Positions 1 through 8,583 of a stretch of 56,274 nucleotides of DNA are shown here, piece after piece. This DNA is from Candidatus Dojkabacteria bacterium (GTDB lineage Bacteria; Patescibacteriota; Dojkabacteria; SC72), in assembly GCA_035271645.1 (NCBI GenBank), contig DATERJ010000020.1, forward strand, positions 1 to 56,274, written 5' to 3'. Made by a program: the position numbers and the translations under genes. The first letter of the stretch is position 1. Every line of letters begins with the position of its first letter. The notes beneath the pieces were generated by a model that saw only the letters and a list, made by a program, of their open reading frames with translations, was not told where the DNA came from and searched no databases.

Positions 1-192
1 GTAGACTACTCCTACCATTGGTTCATCTGTTACCCAAGAGACTGTAAATGCACTATCTGTTACATTACTTACTCTAACCTTGTAGGGTCTAAATCTAATA
101 CTAAGATATGTGTAGTAGATACCTAAACCTAAGAGTAGGAAAACACATACTAAAAGAGTTACCTTAGCTACTTTATTTAATTTTCCTTTCAT
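1..192 (-). CDS. N-terminal fragment of a TM-anchored FN3-like surface protein, running off the left edge; paralogue of 49243..52413
   Basis: Hand translation from the reverse-strand ATG at 190-192 gives MKGKLNKVAKVTLLVCVFLLLGLGIYYTYLSIRFRPYKVRVSNVTDSAFTVSWVTDEPMVGVVY. There is no stop before position 1. The protein has a TM helix followed by almost the same motif as aa 42-70 of the 1056-aa protein. Confidence 0.6.
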   Translation of the reverse strand, partial: MKGKLNKVAKVTLLVCVFLLLGLGIYYTYLSIRFRPYKVRVSNVTDSAFTVSWVTDEPMVGVVY

Positions 193-446
193 TAAAAAAG
201 ATTATAATGTTATATATGTATATACAACTAGATTAGTAAAGAGATGTCAAGGTCTTCATATATATACAACCATTATCTACTTAATCTTGGATTCATCTTC
301 GGTAAAAAGACTATCTTGCAATATGAAGCAGAACCATGTTAAACTCATGCTCAACATAAGAAAAGGAAATACTGTGACAAACCAAATTCTTAAATGTAAA
401 GATTTTGTAATATGTTGTATGAGATAATTTAACTATAAAGATAAAC

Positions 447-743
447 ATGAAGAACAAAGAATATACAAAAATCAACCTAAGAGATTTCAGACATAATCTA
501 ACCCAACTAAAGGATTCACTCCAAGCTGGAATGATATATGAGGTGACAGAGAAAGGCTCTCCTCTAGCATATTTCATCCCTACCCAATATGACATTCAGG
601 TAAAAGAAAGCAAAAAAGGCCTCTCTCAAGAAAGTTTTATCAAAGCTCTTAACATGAAGGGAGGTAATTTCAATATTCCAAAAGATGGAAATTACAAAAA
701 AGAATACAGACGATTACTTGAAGAAGAATATTTAGACAAATGA
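447..743 (+). CDS. Type II antitoxin, Phd/YefM-like
   Basis: 98 aa. The N-terminus INLRDFRHNLTQL...EVTEKGSPLAYFIP follows the Phd/YefM pattern. Its stop overlaps the start of the downstream PIN gene (ATGA at 740-743). Confidence 0.7.
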   Translation: MKNKEYTKINLRDFRHNLTQLKDSLQAGMIYEVTEKGSPLAYFIPTQYDIQVKESKKGLSQESFIKALNMKGGNFNIPKDGNYKKEYRRLLEEEYLDK

Positions 744-1138
744 AAAAGATATTTCTAGATGCAAATATTTTAATAGACCTTGTAACTAAAAGAACAGGGA
801 TTGAAGGAATAGAAAAAATAGACTTTAGACAACTATACACCTCTACTCTCTCTGTCCACATACTTTTCTATATTAACAAGATCAAACATGATTCTCGAAA
901 GGAAGAAATAGCAAAGGCTCTTTTAGAACATATAACTCTAACTCCTCTCACAAGTGAAGTTGTGAGACATGCCTACAGGATTAAATACTCCGACTTTGAA
1001 GACACTCTCCAATATCTCATGGCTCTTAATGCTGACTGTAACTACATCCTAACAAGAGATAAAAAAGATTTTGAAAGGATAAAGAAGGTAATACCTTCCC
1101 AAATTAAGATAGTAACAAACATATCCCAAATCAAGTAA
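740..1138 (+). CDS. vapC: PIN-domain toxin (VapC-like ribonuclease)
   Basis: 132 aa. It has IFLDANILIDL with the acidic residue near the N-terminus and a C-terminal LTRDKKDFERI, both typical PIN signatures. It is translationally coupled to the antitoxin. Confidence 0.8.
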   Translation: MKKIFLDANILIDLVTKRTGIEGIEKIDFRQLYTSTLSVHILFYINKIKHDSRKEEIAKALLEHITLTPLTSEVVRHAYRIKYSDFEDTLQYLMALNADCNYILTRDKKDFERIKKVIPSQIKIVTNISQIK

Positions 1139-1157
1139 TAGTAAGGTATAATTAGAT

Positions 1158-1895
1158 ATGCAAAAATTCTTTGTAAAACACAAACTTTCTGTTGAGGATA
1201 TAACCTACCTCTCTGATTCAGATAGTAGAAATATCATTGAAGAAGGAAAGTTGAAAATAGAAGACTATATTGAAATAGAGACATATGAAAGAAAATTCCT
1301 TGCTCAAATATCAGATATTCTACCTGCTTCTGTTGAAGTACAGATTGTAGAAGACCTGGGAGAAAGAGAATCTGAACATATCCCTGATATTACAATTATC
1401 CAATCACTAAGTAATGATACAAAGTTTAACTACTTCATTGAAAAGAGTGTAGAGATTGGTATTGAGAAGATAATACCTGTTGAATCCAAGTACTCTCTAA
1501 AAAAGAAGAACAAAGCTATTAAAGATACTGGGTATTGGAACAAGTTAGTAAGAGATGCAACTGAGCAATCTAGAAATATATTCCCCACCATAATCGAAAG
1601 ACCTTTACGAATTAAAGAGCTCGTTAATTACAAATTCCCAAATGATTCTGTAAAAATTTGTTTAGCTACAGAAGTTCATGATGCTAAATATCTACAAGAT
1701 GTTTTAGAGAAGGTTGATATTAAGAAACCAGTAATAGTTGCAATTGGTCCAGAGAAAGGATGGGATATTTCTGATTTAGAAATTTTTAAGGAACTAAATT
1801 TCAAATTTATTAAACTAAAAGGAAACATATTAAGAACAGAGACAACAGGATTAGTAATTGGTAGTATTATTAAATATCTGAAAGGAGAGATATAG
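1158..1895 (+). CDS. rsmE: 16S rRNA (uracil1498-N3)-methyltransferase RsmE
   Basis: 245 aa. Motifs: FNYFIEKSVEIGIEKIIPV, IGPEKGW and LRTETTGLV, which match the RsmE pattern IGPEGG...LRTETA. Confidence 0.8.
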   Translation: MQKFFVKHKLSVEDITYLSDSDSRNIIEEGKLKIEDYIEIETYERKFLAQISDILPASVEVQIVEDLGERESEHIPDITIIQSLSNDTKFNYFIEKSVEIGIEKIIPVESKYSLKKKNKAIKDTGYWNKLVRDATEQSRNIFPTIIERPLRIKELVNYKFPNDSVKICLATEVHDAKYLQDVLEKVDIKKPVIVAIGPEKGWDISDLEIFKELNFKFIKLKGNILRTETTGLVIGSIIKYLKGEI

Positions 1896-1897
1896 CT

Positions 1898-2929
1898 ATG
1901 AAGAAGAAAAAACGATCTAGTTACAAAAAGAGAAGAGAAGCTTTTACAAACAGACCTGTTAGGGATAGGTTCTACACAAAAGATGATGTTTTTGTTTCAA
2001 GAATGGCCAGTATATTAATGGTACCAAAAGGTAAGGTTCCATGGATATTCTCTCAAAGACCAATTACAACAATTAGGTTAAATTCATTAATGGGTGATGT
2101 TAAGGAGACAAAGGAGGAGCTATTAGGAAAAGGATATGAGCTGGAAGAGATTCCTTGGTCAAAGGATACATATTTTGTGATGAATAAGGATAAGGCAGAG
2201 GTTTCTCAAACAGAGTTGTATGATGATGGTAAATATTACATTCAGAATCTTTCGAGTATTTTAGCCACATTGATATTAGATCCGAAGAAGAATGAAAAGA
2301 TTTTAGATATGTGTGCTGCTCCGGGTAGTAAGACTACACATATTGCTGATATGGTCAACAACAATGCAAATATTATTGCAAATGACATTGATATGAATAG
2401 GATATCTGATCTTCAGAGTGTTGTAGATCAATTTGGTGCCAAAGCAAAGGTTACACTTAGCGATGGTAAAGAATTTGGACAGAAATATCCTGTATATTTT
2501 GATAAAGTTCTTTTAGATGCTCCATGTAGTGGTGAGGGTTTGATATATTTCAAAGGTCCTAAACCCCTAAGATTTTGGAGTATGGATAAGGTAAAGAGGA
2601 GTGTGTTTGTTCAGAAGGAACTAATTATTTCTGCTTTTAAGACATTAAAGCATGGTAGCTATATGGTTTACTCTACTTGTACATTAGAACCAGAAGAGAA
2701 TGAGGGTGTGGTTACCCATCTTTTGAAGACTTTCCCTAATGCAAAAGTGGAAAAAATTGAACTTAAGGATGAGATTGTTAAATCAATGCCAGAGTTGGAA
2801 GAATTTATTAAACCTGGTATTAGAAAATGGAGTGGTAATGTTTATAATAACCAAGTAAAGAATGCCATTAGAATTATTCCTAACAAGATGATGATGGGTT
2901 TCTTTATTGCGAAAATTAGTAAAGAGTAA
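1898..2929 (+). CDS. NOL1/NOP2/Sun-family rRNA m5C methyltransferase (RsmB/RsmF-like, without a NusB-like N-domain)
   Basis: SAM motif DMCAAPGSKTTHIA, plus the catalytic Cys motifs DAPCSGEG and YSTCTLEPEENE. Confidence 0.85.
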   Translation: MKKKKRSSYKKRREAFTNRPVRDRFYTKDDVFVSRMASILMVPKGKVPWIFSQRPITTIRLNSLMGDVKETKEELLGKGYELEEIPWSKDTYFVMNKDKAEVSQTELYDDGKYYIQNLSSILATLILDPKKNEKILDMCAAPGSKTTHIADMVNNNANIIANDIDMNRISDLQSVVDQFGAKAKVTLSDGKEFGQKYPVYFDKVLLDAPCSGEGLIYFKGPKPLRFWSMDKVKRSVFVQKELIISAFKTLKHGSYMVYSTCTLEPEENEGVVTHLLKTFPNAKVEKIELKDEIVKSMPELEEFIKPGIRKWSGNVYNNQVKNAIRIIPNKMMMGFFIAKISKE

Positions 2930-2930
2930 G

Positions 2931-2963
2931 GAAAAAGGGCTTGGATAATAAACCCAAACCCTT
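2931..2963 (-). terminator. Hairpin between the convergent RsmB-like gene and pnp; rho-independent-like on the minus strand
   Basis: The stem aagggcttgg (2935-2944) pairs with ccaaaccctt (2954-2963) with one mismatch and a 9-nt loop. On the minus strand it is followed by TTTTTCC. It lies 14 nt after the pnp stop. Confidence 0.5.
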
Positions 2964-2976
2964 AATCTACAATTCC

Positions 2977-5055
2977 TTATTTAACCCCCTTAATACTCAA
3001 CTTTATCTTCCCTGCTCTATCAATATCAACAATCTTTACCTTTATTATCTCCCCTTCATTAACAAATTTCTTAGGGTCTTTTACAAATTCATCTGCCATT
3101 TCAGAAACATGAAGAAGACCTGAGATACTTGGAGTTAAATCAACAAATGCTCCATATGGCATAATTGAAGCAACCTTACCTTCATAGATTTCCCCAACTT
3201 CAGGAACAAAGTTGTAAACGTTAATTGCCTTAGATGCTTCATCTATTGATTCTTGAGATGCACTATATATATTAACTGTTCCATCCTCATCAATCTCAAT
3301 CTCAGCACCTGTCTTTTCAGAAAGTTCTCTAATATTCTTTCCTCCTGGTCCAATGATTTCACCAATCTTGTCTGTAGGCACCTTTATCTGTATAACCCTA
3401 GGAGCATACTGAGACATTTCCTCTCTAGGCTCTGCAATTGCTTCCTTCATCTTTGCAATTACTTTCTTTCTTGCTTCCTTCGATTGTACAAATGTTTGTC
3501 TTACAACATCCATACTCAAACCTTTTGTCTTTGTATCCATTTGTACTGCAGTAACACCAGACTCTGTTCCGGTAATCTTGAAATCCATATCACCGTAGAA
3601 GTCCTCTACACCCTGCATATCTGTAAGAACCTTAAATGTTCCATCCTCACCTGTAACTAATCCACAAGCAATACCTCCAACAATATCCTTAATTGGAACA
3701 CCTGCTGCCATGAGAGCCATAGAAGAACCACATGCTGAAGCCATCGAGCTAGAACCATTCTCACCTTGAATCTCACTCATTACTAACATTGTATATGGGA
3801 AATCCTCCTCAGAAGGAATTACTGGCCACAAACCTTTCTCAGCAAGCATACCATGACCAATTGCTCTCCTACTTGGAGCTAATCTCACCCTATCAGCATC
3901 ACCATATGCAAATGGCAAATCGTTGTAGAAATGCATATATCTCTGCTCTCTCTCTCCCTCCATATCATCAACAAGCCTTACATCCTTTAAGCTACCTAAG
4001 GTTGCAATTGTTAATGTCTGAGTCACACCTCTAGTAAAAAGTGCAGAACCGTGCACTCTAGGAAGAAGATCTACTTCAGAAGCCATCTCTCTAATCTCAT
4101 CAATTGCTCTACCATCTACTCTCTTGTCTTCTTCTAGAACAATCTTTCTAAGCATATCTCTCTGAAGTATCTCATATGCTTCATCAATCGTTGCTTTTGA
4201 AAACTTTCCTTCCAATGCACTATATACCCCTTCTTTTGCTTCTGTATGTTTATCAGACTCACCTAACTCTAAAACTTCTCTAATCTTCTCATCTCCTAAA
4301 ATTTCATGAACAGCATCAACTGCTTCTTGGGGTGTTTCAAATTTAGTATATGTTTTGTCTTTAGCACCTACCTTCTTAATGAACTCTTCCTGTGGTTTCA
4401 TCCAATCTTTCATCATATCCAAAGACTTCTCCATACCTTCAAGAATCTTCTCTTCTGAAACAACATATGTACCAGCATCGATCATAGTAAATGTCTCACC
4501 ATCACCAGCTACAACATAGTTCATTTTCTCTTCCTCAGAGGTTAAATCCATTGCTTTATACAAACTTACAATTTCATCTCCTTCCAAACCTAATCTAACA
4601 GCACCAATTGGTCCTTCAAATGGAGCTGTGGAATTTAATAAAGCTACTGATACTGCATTTATTGCTAAAAGTGCTGGGTCATTCTCTTCATCATATGACA
4701 CAACTGTTACAATGACACTAACTTCATCTTTGTAATCATGTGGGAATCTAGGTCTAATTGCCCTGTCAATCATCCTTGCTTTAAGAATTGCATCATCACT
4801 TGGGAATCTCTCCCTTTTTACAAATCTTGACCCACTTATCTTTCCTGAAGCATAGAATTTTTCAATATATTCTACAGTAAGAGGGAAATAGTCGAGTTCT
4901 CCCGTTGATGGTTTAGTATTTACATTAACTGTAATTACTGTATCTCCCATTCTTGCAAGAATAGAGGACTGAGATTTTAATGCTAGCTTTCCTGTTTCGA
5001 AGGAACACTTCCTACCACCTATCTCAAATTCATGTTTAATTTCGTTAAACAACAT
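2977..5055 (-). CDS. pnp: Polyribonucleotide nucleotidyltransferase (PNPase)
   Basis: 692 aa. It has two RNase PH-like halves, KH (GPGGKNIRELSEKTGAEIEI) and S1 (GEIYEGKVASIMPYGAFVDL) domains, and lies downstream of rpsO as in most bacteria. Confidence 0.95.
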   Translation of the reverse strand: MLFNEIKHEFEIGGRKCSFETGKLALKSQSSILARMGDTVITVNVNTKPSTGELDYFPLTVEYIEKFYASGKISGSRFVKRERFPSDDAILKARMIDRAIRPRFPHDYKDEVSVIVTVVSYDEENDPALLAINAVSVALLNSTAPFEGPIGAVRLGLEGDEIVSLYKAMDLTSEEEKMNYVVAGDGETFTMIDAGTYVVSEEKILEGMEKSLDMMKDWMKPQEEFIKKVGAKDKTYTKFETPQEAVDAVHEILGDEKIREVLELGESDKHTEAKEGVYSALEGKFSKATIDEAYEILQRDMLRKIVLEEDKRVDGRAIDEIREMASEVDLLPRVHGSALFTRGVTQTLTIATLGSLKDVRLVDDMEGEREQRYMHFYNDLPFAYGDADRVRLAPSRRAIGHGMLAEKGLWPVIPSEEDFPYTMLVMSEIQGENGSSSMASACGSSMALMAAGVPIKDIVGGIACGLVTGEDGTFKVLTDMQGVEDFYGDMDFKITGTESGVTAVQMDTKTKGLSMDVVRQTFVQSKEARKKVIAKMKEAIAEPREEMSQYAPRVIQIKVPTDKIGEIIGPGGKNIRELSEKTGAEIEIDEDGTVNIYSASQESIDEASKAINVYNFVPEVGEIYEGKVASIMPYGAFVDLTPSISGLLHVSEMADEFVKDPKKFVNEGEIIKVKIVDIDRAGKIKLSIKGVK

Positions 5056-5153
5056 TATTTTAATTATTTAATTTATATACCAAAATATATAGTCAAAAAA
5101 GACTACTGTATTTTAATGGGAAAGTATTTACAAAGGAAGAGGTAAGAAGAAAA

Positions 5154-5417
5154 CTATATCTTTAGCTTCTTTGCTAAAGCATCATGTCTCTCCTTTTCAT
5201 TCTCCTTAAGATATTGAAGCAATCTTCTCCTCTTACCTACAAGCTGAAGTAAGCCTCTTCTAGAGTGATTGTCTTTCTTATGAACCTTAAGATGCTCTGT
5301 TAGTTCTTCTATCTGTTTGGTTAACAGTGCAATCTGAACTTCTGGTGAACCAGTATCACCTTCATGAAGTGCAAATTTCTTTACTACTTGTTCTTTTTCT
5401 GCTTTGTTTAACGCCAT
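5154..5417 (-). CDS. rpsO: 30S ribosomal protein S15
   Basis: 87 aa. Contains [14 protein letters not shown]...L..HLK.HKKD.HSRRGLL..V.KRRRLL.YL, the canonical S15 sequence. Confidence 0.95.
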   Translation of the reverse strand: MALNKAEKEQVVKKFALHEGDTGSPEVQIALLTKQIEELTEHLKVHKKDNHSRRGLLQLVGKRRRLLQYLKENEKERHDALAKKLKI

Positions 5418-5482
5418 ATATATTTACAGATTAGCACTATATATTAAGAATTACAAGCTAATCAATTCATTGGATATTTAAC

Positions 5483-5511
5483 ATTTTACTATTTTACAAG
5501 TCAATTGTCAA
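5483..5511 (-). promoter_or_regulatory. Candidate sigma70-type promoter for rpsO-pnp
   Basis: The minus strand reads TTGACA (5511-5506), a 17-nt spacer, then TAAAAT (5488-5483). It starts 3 nt after the RuBisCO stop. AT-rich DNA makes chance matches likely. Confidence 0.4.
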
Positions 5512-5514
5512 CAA

Positions 5515-6945
5515 TTACCCTACATTCATAGGCTTATCTTCATCAGCTTCACTCTCTCTATCATTTTTCTTCTTCCCAAAGAAAGCTATTGCCTCCCTCA
5601 ATTCTTCCTTGTCCTTAGCATATTCTTCCAAAGGAATTTTCTTCTCCCATGCCTCATATGCTTGTAATACTGCTACTGCGCCAGCTCTTGTACCCATTGG
5701 ATGTGAGTTTACACCACCACCCATTGTTGTAATGAAGTCTTGTGTCCCAATTATATCCAAAAAGTCCCCTAGTAGAACAGGATTTAAACCTCCAGAAACG
5801 ATTGGACATGTCTTTTTAGTAATTCTCCAATAACCAAAGTCTTTGTAACTCTCCCCTTTTGCTTCTAGTTCAATTGCCTTTTTCAAATCCTCATCTTTCT
5901 CTGGTATTTCTGACCATATTTGTTTAAAGAAATCTCCTTCTGCATAGAGATTTAGGGCTTGCCTTGCAGCCATGACATCTTCCTTTGGTGAACCTGCCAT
6001 TTTCCCAACAGCAGCTGTTCCAGTATGAATACCTGATGCTCCAGCCAATCTTGCAAATTTTGTAAGAACTGGTACTGTAAAACCGAATGGAGCTTCTTCT
6101 CTTGTAAATGCACCATGTCCTGCTCTATGGAAATGAAGAAATACATTGGGATAGTGTCTTCTAACTGTCTGTACTGCCATCCACCCTGCTGTAATTCCAT
6201 CTACCAAGAAAGCATAGCTACCTGGTTTCATTACAGATTGAATTAGATTTGCTCTTTGCAACATAGTATCAAAGTCAACAGAAGAGATATTAAAGGAGTG
6301 AACTTTAGTTTTTCCTGTTTCCATTTCAACTCGATCCATTGCATGTCTAACATCCTCTACCATTCTTTCAAATGGAGCAAAATCCTGATCTGCTTGGGGT
6401 TCATCATTTTTTACAAAATCACCACCTCCAGACCAGAAATCATAGCAAACTTCAGCATATTCGGAGGATGTCAAACCTATCTTAGGTTTAACAATTGCTC
6501 CAAATACTGGTCTTTTTTCTATCTGAAGATACTTACGCATATCATCGATGGTATAGCTAGGTCCGTCGTAATGTACCAACATCTGTGGTGGAAAATACAC
6601 ATCAAGCAATTTACATTCTTTAACTGATGACATTCCAAAGATATTACCTGCAAGGAAAGTTAAAATATTCTGAACATTCCCCCCACTATCAAAGATTCTC
6701 CATGGATATCCTATCCAAACAAGATTTTGACTTTCATCTATTCGGTATATTACCGCATTCATACTTTCGGAGAAATTTGTTGATGTCCCTATTTTTACAT
6801 TCGAACCTGTTGATGATTCGGCTGCAACCTCTGTTGCAATGTCATCAAGAGCAACCCCCTCCTTTCCTCTAATTCGATACACAGCTAAAAGATATTGGCC
6901 ATTAAAGACCACTTGGCTACCTAACTGAAGATATTGTACTTGCAT
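5515..6945 (-). CDS. rbcL: Ribulose-1,5-bisphosphate carboxylase/oxygenase large subunit, form II/III- or III-like
   Basis: 476 aa. Active-site motifs are retained: VKPKIGL, GGGDFVKNDEPQ (carbamylated Lys plus D/E metal ligands), HFHRAGHGA, SGIHTGT..GKM, PIVSGG and MGGGVNSHPMG. No small-subunit gene is nearby. Confidence 0.9.
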   Translation of the reverse strand: MQVQYLQLGSQVVFNGQYLLAVYRIRGKEGVALDDIATEVAAESSTGSNVKIGTSTNFSESMNAVIYRIDESQNLVWIGYPWRIFDSGGNVQNILTFLAGNIFGMSSVKECKLLDVYFPPQMLVHYDGPSYTIDDMRKYLQIEKRPVFGAIVKPKIGLTSSEYAEVCYDFWSGGGDFVKNDEPQADQDFAPFERMVEDVRHAMDRVEMETGKTKVHSFNISSVDFDTMLQRANLIQSVMKPGSYAFLVDGITAGWMAVQTVRRHYPNVFLHFHRAGHGAFTREEAPFGFTVPVLTKFARLAGASGIHTGTAAVGKMAGSPKEDVMAARQALNLYAEGDFFKQIWSEIPEKDEDLKKAIELEAKGESYKDFGYWRITKKTCPIVSGGLNPVLLGDFLDIIGTQDFITTMGGGVNSHPMGTRAGAVAVLQAYEAWEKKIPLEEYAKDKEELREAIAFFGKKKNDRESEADEDKPMNVG

Positions 6946-7008
6946 AATTTGAGCAGTTTTAATTTACTAGTTTAAGAATACAACATCTTTATGGTTAGGT
7001 CTAGAGTC

Positions 7009-8562
7009 CTAAACTTTCTTGTAACAGTACACCTTATCACCCTCTGTTGCTTCTGGATTATCAACCAACTGTATCCCACACTCAAAACCCGCTTTAACTT
7101 CACTCACCTTATCCTTGTTAATCCTCAAGCTCTTTATCTTACTCTCTGCAACAATCTCATCATTCCTTACTACATACACCTTACAATCCTGCTTCATAAT
7201 GCCCTTCTCAACCTTGCTTCCCAATACGACACCTCCATCAGAAAGAGTGAAAATTGCCCTTACTACAGCATCCCCTATCTCTTCCTCTGTTTCCTGAGGA
7301 AGTGACATAACGGCTAAAGCCTCCTCTATCTCCTCAAAAATCCTGTAGATAATATCATATGTCTTTACTAACACCCTGTTCTTTTTTGCATAATCTAAAA
7401 CACCAGCTTCAACACCTACCTCAAAACCTACAACTATCGCTTTAGACACATGTGCAAACTCAACATCCCTCAAAGTTATATTCCCAACACCAGAATCTAC
7501 TATGTTAACAAAATAGTCCTCCTCCTCAATCCTGCTCAATGTGTTTTTAATAGCTTCTAAAGATCCTTCAGAAGAACTCTTTACAATCACATTCAATGAG
7601 CCACCCTCCTCCTCTTTCTTCTCTCCTGATGCAAAGAAAGCACTAATATCAAATTCTTCAACTTCCTCTTCTTCCTTCTCCTCTATTTTCAATACTGACT
7701 CCAAAAGTTTTTTATCATTCCTTTCTAAAATATATCCCTCTGTACCCAGTTCTAAAAGATTAGAAAGACCAATTATTTTTCCACCACAACCACATTCAAG
7801 AGTACAAAGATTACAACCTTCTTCTGTAATTAAACCTTTAATTTTCTCAATATACAGTTTTTCATCAAGCATATATCCAAACCAATTCCCCTGGCAAAGG
7901 TTTCCTTGTATCAAGATCACTGATGAGATATTACCCTTAAATTCATCTTTTACAGACTCAAGAACAAAAGCCTTGCCTGTTATACTCTCTGGTAATTTAA
8001 TATCCTCCCTCAAGCCTTCCACCTCTGAGACCAAAAGAATTAAATCTAACAACTCGTTAATACCTGCACCTGTCCTTCCTGAAACCTCAACAACTGGAAC
8101 ATTCCCACCAAAACCTTCAATTTGTAGTCCATTAGTAACAATATCTCTTTTAACTTTCTCAATATCTATATTTGGTAAATCTGTTTTGTTGATAACAACA
8201 ATTGGTTTGGCCTTTGATGCATTGATAATATCTATAGATTCCTTTGTTTGTGGTTGAACACCATCGTTTGCAGCAACTATTAAAAGTACAATATCTGCAA
8301 TAGCACCACCTCTCGTTCGCATAAGGTCAAAAGCCTCATGCCCTGGGGTATCCACAAATGTAATTTCCTGCTCCTTACCTGGAATTTTCACCGTAAAGAC
8401 AGAAACTTTTTGAGTAATACCACCGGCTTCTGAACTCTGTACATCAGCCTCCCTTATCCTATCAAGAATAGTTGTTTTTCCATGATCAACATGGCCAAGA
8501 ATTGTAACAACTGGTGTCCTTGACTTACCTTTTTTAATTGTACTTTTAGTACTCTTAGCCAT
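7009..8562 (-). CDS. infB: Translation initiation factor IF-2 (short form that starts at the G domain)
   Basis: 517 aa. GTPase motifs GHVDHGKTT, DTPGHEAF and NKTD. It lies directly downstream of nusA. Confidence 0.9.
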   Translation of the reverse strand: MAKSTKSTIKKGKSRTPVVTILGHVDHGKTTILDRIREADVQSSEAGGITQKVSVFTVKIPGKEQEITFVDTPGHEAFDLMRTRGGAIADIVLLIVAANDGVQPQTKESIDIINASKAKPIVVINKTDLPNIDIEKVKRDIVTNGLQIEGFGGNVPVVEVSGRTGAGINELLDLILLVSEVEGLREDIKLPESITGKAFVLESVKDEFKGNISSVILIQGNLCQGNWFGYMLDEKLYIEKIKGLITEEGCNLCTLECGCGGKIIGLSNLLELGTEGYILERNDKKLLESVLKIEEKEEEEVEEFDISAFFASGEKKEEEGGSLNVIVKSSSEGSLEAIKNTLSRIEEEDYFVNIVDSGVGNITLRDVEFAHVSKAIVVGFEVGVEAGVLDYAKKNRVLVKTYDIIYRIFEEIEEALAVMSLPQETEEEIGDAVVRAIFTLSDGGVVLGSKVEKGIMKQDCKVYVVRNDEIVAESKIKSLRINKDKVSEVKAGFECGIQLVDNPEATEGDKVYCYKKV

Positions 8563-8583
8563 TTAACTATATTTTTATTTAAA

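Noticed and set aside
7541-8257. Long antisense or alternative-frame ORFs inside strongly supported genes. Examples: 7541..8257 in infB, 10451..10912 in dnaJ, 15210..15866 opposite the 791-aa gene, 16411..17007 in alaS, 39414..40178, 3253..3660, 8657..9034, 44651..45022 and 52707..53138.
   Set aside because: Their translations are low-complexity (S/T/L/F/I-rich) mirror images of the conserved genes on the other strand. They have no motifs and fully overlap genes with clear family signatures.
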